Shown in pieces: positions 1 through 9,216 of a DNA stretch of 64,000 nt. The translations under genes were made by a program, and so were the position numbers. Position 1 is the stretch's first letter; each line of letters starts with the position of its first letter. The notes under the pieces were generated by a model. That model searched no databases. It saw only the letters and a program-made list of their open reading frames with translations, and was not told the origin of the DNA. Source of the stretch: Chlamydiota bacterium (lineage in GTDB: Bacteria > Chlamydiota > Chlamydiia > Chlamydiales > RGXB01); the NCBI GenBank assembly GCA_947494155.1, contig CANLTW010000001.1, positions 151,971 through 215,970 on the forward strand, written 5' to 3'.

Positions 1-2
1 AA

Positions 3-722
3 GAGCTTGCAGATTGGCTTGAGCATGTGGGATTCCACTCAGGATTCCATCCTGCGCACCAGAAAAGCTCGTGCGGTGTAAAAGAGGAGCTGGGGAAATC
101 TTTTGTAGAGTGTTTTGAACAACTCATCGATCGGATGGTATTTGCTGAAAATGGGCTCTTACCCCCTTTTCCACTCTCTTTAGGTCTATCTCTTTTAGAA
201 ACCTACGATCGGCTCGAATCTCTATACAAAGAGACTGTTTTTCTTAAGAATTTTCAAGCTCCGCTCGATGCTTGGCTTGAGCGGTTGCGAGATTTTTTTT
301 TAAACCACCTCAACGTCTCCCCTTCCCATGACTTTTTCAAAGAATGGGCAAATTATCAGCCGTTGGTGACGCAAGAAGAGTGTGATTTTTCTTTTCTTAG
401 ACAAATCTTTTATGATCTTTTTGAGTCGCTAAAAGGGCCCCTGCTTCTGAATGAGGGTGATAGGATTCGCGCAAGCAATCTCAAAGAGGGGGCGATACTT
501 CCGAATAAGATTCTTTTTGTCCTTGGAATGGGGATTGAAGATTTTCCCGGCTATAGGCACCTCTCGATGCTTTATCGACTAGAAAAGTACCCCCCGCCCC
601 AGGGAATGGTGGATCGTTACAAATTTCTAGAAGTCCTTTTAGCGGCCGAGGAGCGACTCCTCTTCAGCTACTCTACAAAAGCCCCTTCGACCCTTTTAGA
701 GGAGATCTTCCGTCCTGTATGA
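3..722 (+). CDS. recC: Exodeoxyribonuclease V gamma subunit (RecC), N-terminal/helicase-like part; 5'-truncated by the window edge
   Basis: Frame is open from base 3. RecC-like motifs ILFVLGM, DRYKFLEVLLAAEERLLFSY and PSTLLEEI; lies directly upstream of recB-recD. Confidence 0.8.
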   Translation, partial: ELADWLEHVGFHSGFHPAHQKSSCGVKEELGKSFVECFEQLIDRMVFAENGLLPPFPLSLGLSLLETYDRLESLYKETVFLKNFQAPLDAWLERLRDFFLNHLNVSPSHDFFKEWANYQPLVTQEECDFSFLRQIFYDLFESLKGPLLLNEGDRIRASNLKEGAILPNKILFVLGMGIEDFPGYRHLSMLYRLEKYPPPQGMVDRYKFLEVLLAAEERLLFSYSTKAPSTLLEEIFRPV

Positions 723-1465
723 AAAACCTTAAAGAGTTAAAAACTCTCCTTTGCGATCCTTTAAAATTTTTCTACGATGTAGGGCATAAAATTGCCGCTC
801 CTTACACAGAAGACCCTTTAAAAGAGCGCCTTAATCATCCAAAATACCTAGTACAATCCATAAAACAGTCTCTGTACTTTTTTGATCTAGACCAGCTCTC
901 TTTTTATGGGGAGTCGCTCTCAAAAATGGCTCGAGCCGAACTTTTAGCCGATCTTGAGGAGGAAGATAGGTGCATTATCCAACAGTTAAAAATGCACCAA
1001 TTGACCAAAGATGCCCTTTTCAGCATAGATATTCTAGACCATATCAAAGAGCCCTATTCCAGACAAAACGTCCGTTTTATCCCGAAAACCACTTTGACAG
1101 GACACATCGGTGTCGTTGCAGAAAAAGGGATTCTAGTGAATCAAAAAAGGGAGAAGAATTCGGAGTTTTTTAAGGCTCTTTTGCCCCCCCTTCTCCTTTT
1201 ATCCACTATAGACACGAACATCCCTTTAAAAATGCTCCTTTTTAACGGTGAAGATTTTTCTATGACAAAAAACGAAGCGTCGGAACTTTTGGACTGCTTA
1301 TTACACTTGTATCCGATTGCGCTCAAGCAACCCCTTGAGCCCCTTACAAACCTTTCCGATAAGTTTGGAGCATACAGCCCGATCGCCCCTTTTTTCGAGG
1401 AGATAGACACCCCTTTAGTAACTACCCTCAACACTCTAGTCAAGGGGCTGTATGAGAGGTTTTGA
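719..1465 (+). CDS. RecC C-terminal domain encoded as a separate ORF
   Basis: Begins LKELKTLLCDPLKFF, resembling the LxxLxxFxxxPxxFF start of the RecC C-terminal domain. ATGA overlap with the upstream ORF; overlaps the recB start. Confidence 0.6.
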   Translation: MKNLKELKTLLCDPLKFFYDVGHKIAAPYTEDPLKERLNHPKYLVQSIKQSLYFFDLDQLSFYGESLSKMARAELLADLEEEDRCIIQQLKMHQLTKDALFSIDILDHIKEPYSRQNVRFIPKTTLTGHIGVVAEKGILVNQKREKNSEFFKALLPPLLLLSTIDTNIPLKMLLFNGEDFSMTKNEASELLDCLLHLYPIALKQPLEPLTNLSDKFGAYSPIAPFFEEIDTPLVTTLNTLVKGLYERF

Positions 1466-4196
1466 CGTCTTAGATAAAAATCAATCGATTCTGGGAAGCC
1501 TCCTCATCGAGGCATCCGCGGGCACGGGGAAAACTTTTACTATCGAGCACACCGTTCTACGGCTTGTTAAAGAGGAAAAAATCCCTCTCCACAAAATACT
1601 TCTTTTAACCTTCACTGAAGCTAGCCAAAAGGATCTAATGGTGCGCGTCCTTGGCCGCCTAAAAAAAGAGAATTTTTTCGGCTTCTTAGAGGAGATGCCG
1701 ATCCTTACATTCCAAAAGTTTATCCACCGCTTTTTGAACAAACCCCAAGAGTCAACCCACTCCCCTAGTTTACATCAGGAATTGGAAACCTTTATACGCA
1801 CGCTGGATCCTTATAAAGAATTTGGTCCAAAACAGCTAAAAAAGCTCCTTTTCGCCCCCCGGTCTGATACCCATAAAGGGTTGAAAGAGCTTACCGACAA
1901 GCCCCCCTTTAGAGGGGATTTAATCCGCTTTGACGAGACTAATGAGAAGATCCACTCTATTTTAGAGCACTATGGAAAAGACCCTTTTTTTGCTCTGCTA
2001 AATAATTTTAGCCGCATCGAAAAAGAGGACTTAGAGCTTTTTACCCTCTTTTTTTCAAACCCGCAACAAGCTTTAGACCAACAGCTCAGCAAAAAAAAAT
2101 ATGGCTTCCCTAAAATTATCCCTAAACACATTAAATCTAACAAAACAGTTGTGATCCCAGTCGAAATCGCCATGATTTCCTCATTGATAGAGAAACTAGC
2201 CGATAGTGGGATGCAATGGACGTTTTTAAAACAGCTTTTTGAAGCAAAAAGAAATCAGCAAATCGGGAGTTTTTCGCTCGATTTTGATCTTTTTTTACAA
2301 AAGCTCGAAGACCCCCTTTTTGTAGAACAGGTTTCACAAAAATTTGCAGCGGTAATTGTGGACGAATTCCAAGATACCGATCCGAGGCAGTGGGAGATCC
2401 TATCGAGGCTTTTTTTCAAAAAACCCCATATCAAAACATTTATGGTCGTGGGCGATCCAAAACAGTCGATCTACAGGTTTAGAAACGCCGATTACGCCTC
2501 TTTTTATGCCGCCAAAAAAGCGTTGGGAAAAGAGGAGATTTTCCATTTGACCACCTCATACCGCTCCTCAGTTCGTCTTACAAATGCGACGAATGCCCTT
2601 TTTGAAATAGCACCACGCCCCTTTGATCCGATCGATTACACTAGTGTTTTGAATGGCCGGCATGAAGAGGGGCTTGAGGTTCCTGTTGAGCTGGTAGTTT
2701 TTGAAAACCTCCCTAAAAATAAAGAGAAAATCAATGAGATTCTCCACCCTTGGATTCTCTCGATTTTGTGCCAACAAAACATCGAGCTCGATCGCACAGC
2801 TATTTTAGTCAATCATCGCTATGAAGCTACCGCTTTGGAGCAATTTTTACGAAAGCACTCCGTCCCGGTGAAACGAGTCGACAAAACACCCCTCAAAGAT
2901 CGACTCTGTTTTCAGGAGTTTATTCAGCTTATAAAGCTACTTAAAGACCCTTTCGACAAAAGAGCTCTACGCACCTACCATTTTCTTGTGACCCAAGAGA
3001 TATTAACTGATGCTGAGGAGATCTTTTCTTCGTCTTATCATGGTACTATAAATACTTTACGAGAGATGAGGCAAAAAGCTTTTGAAAATGACTTTTCACT
3101 CTTTGTTAAGTCGTTTGAAAAAACCCCCCTGTTTCCCCTCCTATTAGAAAACCCACTCACCTCAATGGTCGATTTAGAGGAGCTTTTTGAAAAAATCTTC
3201 TATCATAGTGAAACACTCAAAGACTACGACGAAAAAATAGATGGGGTCGAAATCATCACCACTTTTTCCTCAAAAGGGCTGGAATACGACACGGTGATTG
3301 CGCTGTCTCTGGCTACCGACGAGCGCAGAGAAGAGCTCAGTGGGGAGGACATCCAGGAAAAAATGCGCCTTTTGTATGTAGGATGTACCCGTTCGAAAGA
3401 GAAATTGATCCTTCCAGTTCTTTTGTCCAGGAAAAGTACTATCTGCTATTTTTTAGAAAAAGCCTGCCCGCAGCTATCTTTAGAAAACCTGAAAAAGTTG
3501 TTTCAAAATACCTTGGTACATGTTTCTGAGCCTAGTATTCAGGGAGCTAAAAAGAGTTTTAGCCCGATTCAGCAAGAGGATTTTCCCTATCCGGAAAAAC
3601 CCAAATTTTATCCTAAAAAAGAGGCGCCCCTCTCTTTTAGCTCCATGGATTTTGAGGATTTAGCCATTGAAAAGGCGGTTCAGGGAGAATATGAGCTTCC
3701 GCTTGGGATCGAGTCGGGGGTATTCATCCACAAAATCTTAGAAAGGATTTTCTCAGACCAGAGCAAAGAACTCTCAAAAGAGGTGGTGGAACCCATAGTT
3801 GAAAAATCCCTTTTTTTAACCCCTTATGCCCCTTTTAAAGACTATATTTTGCGCAAAGTCGAGTTTGTTTTGGACTATAAAATTGAGGGAGTTTCTTTAA
3901 AGCATATCCCCCCGCAGCAACGTCTTGCTGAGTCCCCTTTTTCTTTTTTTAGACAGAGCCAGCGTGTAGAAGGGGTCTATGACCTTCTCATCTTACTTAA
4001 AGATAGGATTCACATCATCGATTACAAGTTGACCCACCCAAGGAGTTTATCCACAAAAGAGCTCATAGAGGCATTTCACTATGATGAGCAGGGCAAGCTC
4101 TATAAAGAGGCGATACAAACTTTGTACCCGCTGATGAAGGATAAAGTAGAAATGCATTTTATTTTCTTACGCAACGAGGTGCACTATGTCCTCTAA
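1452..4196 (+). CDS. recB: Exodeoxyribonuclease V beta subunit (helicase-nuclease)
   Basis: EASAGTGKT Walker A, VDEFQDT, VGDPKQSIYRFR, SKGLEY, C-terminal nuclease GVYDLL...IIDYK. Confidence 0.92.
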   Translation: MRGFDVLDKNQSILGSLLIEASAGTGKTFTIEHTVLRLVKEEKIPLHKILLLTFTEASQKDLMVRVLGRLKKENFFGFLEEMPILTFQKFIHRFLNKPQESTHSPSLHQELETFIRTLDPYKEFGPKQLKKLLFAPRSDTHKGLKELTDKPPFRGDLIRFDETNEKIHSILEHYGKDPFFALLNNFSRIEKEDLELFTLFFSNPQQALDQQLSKKKYGFPKIIPKHIKSNKTVVIPVEIAMISSLIEKLADSGMQWTFLKQLFEAKRNQQIGSFSLDFDLFLQKLEDPLFVEQVSQKFAAVIVDEFQDTDPRQWEILSRLFFKKPHIKTFMVVGDPKQSIYRFRNADYASFYAAKKALGKEEIFHLTTSYRSSVRLTNATNALFEIAPRPFDPIDYTSVLNGRHEEGLEVPVELVVFENLPKNKEKINEILHPWILSILCQQNIELDRTAILVNHRYEATALEQFLRKHSVPVKRVDKTPLKDRLCFQEFIQLIKLLKDPFDKRALRTYHFLVTQEILTDAEEIFSSSYHGTINTLREMRQKAFENDFSLFVKSFEKTPLFPLLLENPLTSMVDLEELFEKIFYHSETLKDYDEKIDGVEIITTFSSKGLEYDTVIALSLATDERREELSGEDIQEKMRLLYVGCTRSKEKLILPVLLSRKSTICYFLEKACPQLSLENLKKLFQNTLVHVSEPSIQGAKKSFSPIQQEDFPYPEKPKFYPKKEAPLSFSSMDFEDLAIEKAVQGEYELPLGIESGVFIHKILERIFSDQSKELSKEVVEPIVEKSLFLTPYAPFKDYILRKVEFVLDYKIEGVSLKHIPPQQRLAESPFSFFRQSQRVEGVYDLLILLKDRIHIIDYKLTHPRSLSTKELIEAFHYDEQGKLYKEAIQTLYPLMKDKVEMHFIFLRNEVHYVL

Positions 4197-5505
4197 ATGG
4201 AATTCTTTTAACCGCCCCCTACTGGAGTCTTTAATACGCAAAACAAGTTCCGGAGCATATGGGATGCCAGAGGATGAAAATCTTGTTTTCCCCAACCCTT
4301 CTAGGGGTTTTGTTTTAGATAAAGGCGTTCTGTATCTGGAGCGTTTTTACACTCAACAAAAACAATTGGAGCATCTCCTTCTTAAACGCATTTCCGAAAC
4401 CACCTCCTGCATACCTATTTTAGGGGAGCTGGATGATCGACTTAACGAAGGGCAAAAAGAGGCTGTCAAAGCGATTTTTGAGACACATACACTCTTGCTC
4501 CAGGGGGGGCCGGGCTCAGGGAAAACCTTTACTATCTCCCGATTGATTCCCCTTTTTTATGCCTCTTTTGAAAAGGCTATGCTGGTTAAGCCCCGTATTC
4601 TCCTTGCCTCTCAAACGGCAAAAGCGGTGCACCACTTGGCTAAACAGCTCCCCAAAGAGCTAATTGAGGTCATTCAAGTGGAGACTTTGCATAAAGTTTT
4701 ACACCTATCTAAAGAGCTTAAAGCTGTTTCCCCTACTCTCATAGATCACGATCTGGTGATTATCGATGAGTGCTCCATGATTGATGGGGCGATGATGAAT
4801 CTTTTTTTGTTATCGCTAAAACCAACGACTAGGGTCATATTTGTTGGAGATCCTCAACAGCTACCCCCTATCGAAGGTGGGGCTCCGTTTAAATGGATGC
4901 TCGCAAGCAAAAAAATTAAGACCTGCTTTCTTGAGGGATCGCATCGTGCAGAAAATAGACATCTAATTGATGAGGCGAATGCCCTATTTAGAGGAGAAAA
5001 GCCTAAAACTCAGCCTTTAGATTCTTTCAAGATTGAGGATGTGCTCCCCCGCTTTTTTCAGCCAACACAGACAAAACCTGAACCCTCTTTTTTGACAAAA
5101 TACAAGATTCTCTCCTCCTTGCGAGTTGGCCTTTACGGCTCGCTTGAGCTCTCAAATCAAATCTTTAACTCCCTAAAAGAACAAAAAGGGCGCTATCTTC
5201 TAGTCCCCATAATGATTACCCAAAATAGTGATCCGATGCGGCTGTACAATGGCCAGGAGGGGGTGCATATTTTCGATAAAAAAGAAAAGGAACAGCTCGC
5301 CTATTTTCCTCACCTGGAGAACCCTATTCCATTAGCACTCTTGCCCCCTTTCGAGATCAGTTACGCGATCTCTATCCATAAAAGCCAGGGCTCTGAGTAC
5401 GAGGAGGTGGATATTTTACTCCCCTCCTCCAAAGAACCCCTTTTAACCGAACACCTTTATACAGCTATGACCCGGGCAAAAAAAGGTTTTCGCCTTTTTG
5501 CCTAG
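4186..5505 (+). CDS. recD: Exodeoxyribonuclease V alpha subunit (SF1B helicase)
   Basis: GGPGSGKT, IIDECSMID, VGDPQQLPP, YAISIHKSQGSEY, LYTAMTRAK. Confidence 0.92.
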   Translation: MSSKWNSFNRPLLESLIRKTSSGAYGMPEDENLVFPNPSRGFVLDKGVLYLERFYTQQKQLEHLLLKRISETTSCIPILGELDDRLNEGQKEAVKAIFETHTLLLQGGPGSGKTFTISRLIPLFYASFEKAMLVKPRILLASQTAKAVHHLAKQLPKELIEVIQVETLHKVLHLSKELKAVSPTLIDHDLVIIDECSMIDGAMMNLFLLSLKPTTRVIFVGDPQQLPPIEGGAPFKWMLASKKIKTCFLEGSHRAENRHLIDEANALFRGEKPKTQPLDSFKIEDVLPRFFQPTQTKPEPSFLTKYKILSSLRVGLYGSLELSNQIFNSLKEQKGRYLLVPIMITQNSDPMRLYNGQEGVHIFDKKEKEQLAYFPHLENPIPLALLPPFEISYAISIHKSQGSEYEEVDILLPSSKEPLLTEHLYTAMTRAKKGFRLFA

Positions 5506-5695
5506 AGCTGCCTGAATCGTGAGTAGAATGTTTCACTGTTGTTTTTTTCGTTAAAAAATTTTTTGTTGCCCATGGGAGTTGCCTTTAAAGGCTTTAAAAC
5601 GACAGTTTGAAATTTTTTTAAGTTTTCAAACTTCAGAGGAGCTTTTTTGTTTTTACCCTTTTATTTTATCCGAATCTTTCCAAAAGGAGTAAACC

Positions 5696-5724
5696 TTGAG
5701 AAATTAAGCAAAAGAGCTTAATCT
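5696..5724 (+). promoter_or_regulatory. Putative sigma70/sigma66 promoter of prfC
   Basis: TTGAGA-17 nt-TAATCT, ending 7 nt before the ATG. Confidence 0.5.
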
Positions 5725-5731
5725 TATCCTC

Positions 5732-7327
5732 ATGATCACTCAAAATCACCTAGAATCAGAGATCCTGAAAAGAAGGACTTTTGCCATCATATCCCATCCG
5801 GATGCTGGAAAAACTACGCTTACCGAAAAACTCCTTCTCTATTCAGACGTACTCAACACCGCCGGAATGGTCGCTGGGAGAAAGGGGAGAAAAGGGGCCC
5901 ACTCTGACTGGATGAGCATGGAAAGGGAAAGGGGTATTTCGATCACCGCCTCGGCTATGCAATTTCACTACAAGGACAAAGTGATCAATATTCTCGATAC
6001 CCCGGGACATGAGGACTTTTCTGTCGATACGTATCGCACGCTTACCGCCGCCGATTGCGCCATCATGGTGATTGATGCAGCAAAAGGGGTCGAAAAGCAA
6101 ACGATTAAGCTTTTTGAAGCTTGCCGCCTCAGAAAAATCCCGGTGATGACTTTTGTGAATAAAATGGATATGCCCGGATTGGACCCAATCGATCTACTCA
6201 ACGAGGTGGAAAAAGTTTTAGGTATTTTAGCCACCCCGATGAATTGGCCAATTGGAGGGGGGAAAGAATTCAAGGGTGTTTTTGACCGGAAAGAAAACAA
6301 GCTCATCGTTTTTGAAAAAACCGCTGCAGGTGGCGCCAAAAAAGCTTTAATGCATAAAGCTTCGAAAGAACAGCTTGATACGCACCTGACTCCACAAGAG
6401 ATCTCTCAACTCGAATCGGACCTCGAGCTTTTGGATATGGCAGGCAACCCCTTTTCTTTAGAGCAATTCCTGCAAGCTAAACTCTCCCCCGTTTTTTTTG
6501 GGTCAGCCCTCACCAATTTTGGTGTGGAGCCTTTTTTCGATGCCTTTATCGCATTAGCTCCCTCTCCGAAACCCTACGAAGCGCTTGACAATGCAGGTGG
6601 ACCCGTGTTTATCGATCCGACTCAATCCCCTTTCAGTGCCTATTGTTTTAAATTACAAGCAAACCTGGATAAACACCACCGCGGTGTCACCGCCTTTTTC
6701 CGAATTGTATCGGGTCTTTTTGAAAAAGATATGCTTGTTTTGAATCACCGATTAAAGACATCTTCCCGTATTTCCAGACCAAGCCAACTCAGCGGAAGCG
6801 ATCAGGTAACTATAGAATCGGCTGTAGCTGGTGATATCATCGGTATTGCATCCAACGGCTCTTTTCAGATTAACGATACGATCTCGACCACAAAAGGGGG
6901 CTTTCGCTTCAAACCCCTTCCCCAGTTCCAACCCGAATTTTTTGCAAGAATTCGTCCAAAAGAGGTCTCGGGCCGTAAGTCTTTTGATAAAGGGTGCGAA
7001 CAGCTTTCGCATGAGGGGGCTATTTTACTTCTTAAAGAGGAAAACTCCCCCGATCCTATCTTTGCTGCGGTGGGTCGACTGCAATTTGAGGTGCTTGAGT
7101 GGCGTTTAAAGGATGAATACAATGTCGAAACATCCATCACTCCCCTCTCCTTCCAATGCTCTGCATGGCTTGTGGGGGATCTGAAAACTTTCAAAAAAAA
7201 TACGACGGCAATTATCGCTTTTGACCTCGAAAAACGACCTATCGTCCTCTTTCAGAGCACATGGGAAAAAGAGTATGCAATCAAACAAAATCCTCACCAT
7301 AAGCTTGTAGATATCCTAGAATCTTAG
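5732..7327 (+). CDS. prfC: Peptide chain release factor 3
   Basis: RRTFAIISHPDAGKTTLTEKLLL, SDWMSMERERGISIT, DTPGHEDFS, AVGRLQFEV. Confidence 0.96.
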   Translation: MITQNHLESEILKRRTFAIISHPDAGKTTLTEKLLLYSDVLNTAGMVAGRKGRKGAHSDWMSMERERGISITASAMQFHYKDKVINILDTPGHEDFSVDTYRTLTAADCAIMVIDAAKGVEKQTIKLFEACRLRKIPVMTFVNKMDMPGLDPIDLLNEVEKVLGILATPMNWPIGGGKEFKGVFDRKENKLIVFEKTAAGGAKKALMHKASKEQLDTHLTPQEISQLESDLELLDMAGNPFSLEQFLQAKLSPVFFGSALTNFGVEPFFDAFIALAPSPKPYEALDNAGGPVFIDPTQSPFSAYCFKLQANLDKHHRGVTAFFRIVSGLFEKDMLVLNHRLKTSSRISRPSQLSGSDQVTIESAVAGDIIGIASNGSFQINDTISTTKGGFRFKPLPQFQPEFFARIRPKEVSGRKSFDKGCEQLSHEGAILLLKEENSPDPIFAAVGRLQFEVLEWRLKDEYNVETSITPLSFQCSAWLVGDLKTFKKNTTAIIAFDLEKRPIVLFQSTWEKEYAIKQNPHHKLVDILES

Positions 7328-9099
7328 ATTCTTTGCCAAAGCCTTGGTGTTGTGTACGGTCCGCCGTATTGGAAAGGTCTTGTATATACCGTAAAGACCT
7401 CTTTTCCATCATAGAGGTGGATCCATTCCAACATCGGGAAGATGTAGGAGCCATCGATTGTGCGACGGAATACCCCTATCTCCATAGTTTTAGGATCTAG
7501 TTGGAACGCTAAATATATTGGCTTTTGATCCGCTGTTTCCCAGTTTGAATCTCCAAAAATTACAAAAGGGCATCTTGCATGGAAACGGGAAAAAAAAGCC
7601 TCATAGGCTTTCTGTAAACCAAATGTCTTCTCTAATGCAGCAAATACATGCACCTCTTTTTCTAAACTCTTTTTACTTGGCTGAATTAAATGATCCCTCA
7701 CCCAGGTGTAGCTAAACCCCGGATCCTCCCACCCCTCCCGAAATGTTTCTGCTCCCGGAATAAGGGCAAACGCATGCGTTGGAAAAAGCGCTAGAAGGCG
7801 TTTTGCCGGAGTATTTTGGAAAAGTGCTAGAGTATCTCCCGAAAGAGATTTTATGAGGTCCAAGTAAAAAACTAATAGGTCTTGTGGGTTTTCAGGGTTG
7901 GATTCCTCTTTTTGAAAAGGGCCCTTTGTTTCAAAATACCCTTCCAAAAGGGTCTCCAAAGAACCCCCGGAAGGGTATGCCCAAGGTTGTTTACTCTCTA
8001 TACGCCGACGAAAAGGGATCGATTGTAACATCTGCTGAACAATGATCCCACTTGATTCAATTAGACCCTGTAGTTGCGGATGATCCACCACCATACGCCG
8101 CTCAAAGCTTAAAAAAAACTCTTTCACCGCAAAAATATAGGTCTCTAAATCTTTTAATCGAATGTGTTGGGAAATATTTTTTAATCCGTTTTTCCAAACC
8201 AGGCGAAATCCCGCCTCGGAATCCTGGTAGTTTTCTTTTTTTTCTCCAGCGATCTCAGGATCGTATACCTCATAAAATTCCTCTAAAAGGGCCAAATCGA
8301 GCTCCTCAAAAAAAAGTTTTGACCCCTCCTGAATATCAATGAGCTTTTTTTTCACCTCCTGCGCATCCAGCTCCAACATGTCCAAACGCATATTCTCCAG
8401 CTGCATTTCGGCCTGCACACGTCGCATGTCCTCTTCTCTATAGGCACTATTTAAACGCAGCTGCGCCCCTTTTAAAGCCGATTCATGATCCCGTATATCC
8501 TGAAATTTTTTTTGATACGATTCTTTTAAAACGACAAAATTTTTTTCAAACTGCTCCCACAACGCTCTGCCAAGCCCCTCGGGTTCATTTGGGTCTAGAC
8601 CCAAAGAGGAGTGAAAATTATAACGATAGGCTTTATGGTCATAATCAGTAAGAGAGGCTATAGTGAACTCCCAAGCCTTTAATAGAGGGTATCCTGCGCC
8701 ATAAAAGGGGCTTAAAGGTGCGATGCATTCATGCCCCTCAACAACTCTTACAAGCCCTCCCCTATAAAGAATGTCTGCAAGATCCTTGATCAGTAAATCA
8801 GCCCGCTCTTTTTGGATCAAAATAGCAACGCAAGTAGCAAAACAGGACCCCACACTCTGCCTTAAGGGGAAACGTAAAGCTTTTTCTACTGATTCTTGAA
8901 CGTGAGAGGGCTCTAAAGGGGTAAAATCGTTCAACCCTAAAGATTTCCTGATCAGCATCTGCTGATAGGCCCCCTCGGGAACCTGAGCAAAACCTGAGAT
9001 ATCAAAACGCTCTTTATCCATAGTAAAATATTCTCTTAACACAATTTCTTTTTCTAGGGAAAACCCTTGATCGAACAAAACATCTCTTCTAGGTAGCAA
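7324..9099 (-). CDS. Conserved chlamydial protein (recalled as CT590-like); possible papain-fold cysteine peptidase with a coiled-coil insertion
   Basis: 591-aa ORF with GAGG before the TTG start. Motifs LRQSVGSCFAT, THAF and FGDSNW; central heptad-rich segment. Confidence 0.6.
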   Translation of the reverse strand: MLPRRDVLFDQGFSLEKEIVLREYFTMDKERFDISGFAQVPEGAYQQMLIRKSLGLNDFTPLEPSHVQESVEKALRFPLRQSVGSCFATCVAILIQKERADLLIKDLADILYRGGLVRVVEGHECIAPLSPFYGAGYPLLKAWEFTIASLTDYDHKAYRYNFHSSLGLDPNEPEGLGRALWEQFEKNFVVLKESYQKKFQDIRDHESALKGAQLRLNSAYREEDMRRVQAEMQLENMRLDMLELDAQEVKKKLIDIQEGSKLFFEELDLALLEEFYEVYDPEIAGEKKENYQDSEAGFRLVWKNGLKNISQHIRLKDLETYIFAVKEFFLSFERRMVVDHPQLQGLIESSGIIVQQMLQSIPFRRRIESKQPWAYPSGGSLETLLEGYFETKGPFQKEESNPENPQDLLVFYLDLIKSLSGDTLALFQNTPAKRLLALFPTHAFALIPGAETFREGWEDPGFSYTWVRDHLIQPSKKSLEKEVHVFAALEKTFGLQKAYEAFFSRFHARCPFVIFGDSNWETADQKPIYLAFQLDPKTMEIGVFRRTIDGSYIFPMLEWIHLYDGKEVFTVYTRPFQYGGPYTTPRLWQRI

Positions 9100-9216
9100 A
9101 ACCTCGGCTAAATTATTTCAAAAAAAACAATTCCTTAATCCTCCTTCAGAGTAGTCATTTAAGAAAATTTATGGTAATCTGGTTGGATACTTACCGTATA
9201 AAGAAAAGAGTAGATT

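Noticed and set aside
5529..5544. parS-like TGTTTCAC
   Set aside because: Only a half site; the second arm (GTGAAACA) is absent.
9100..9216. T-box or attenuator upstream of thrS
   Set aside because: The spacer is only about 117 nt, is shared with a divergent gene, and has no T-box consensus or terminator.
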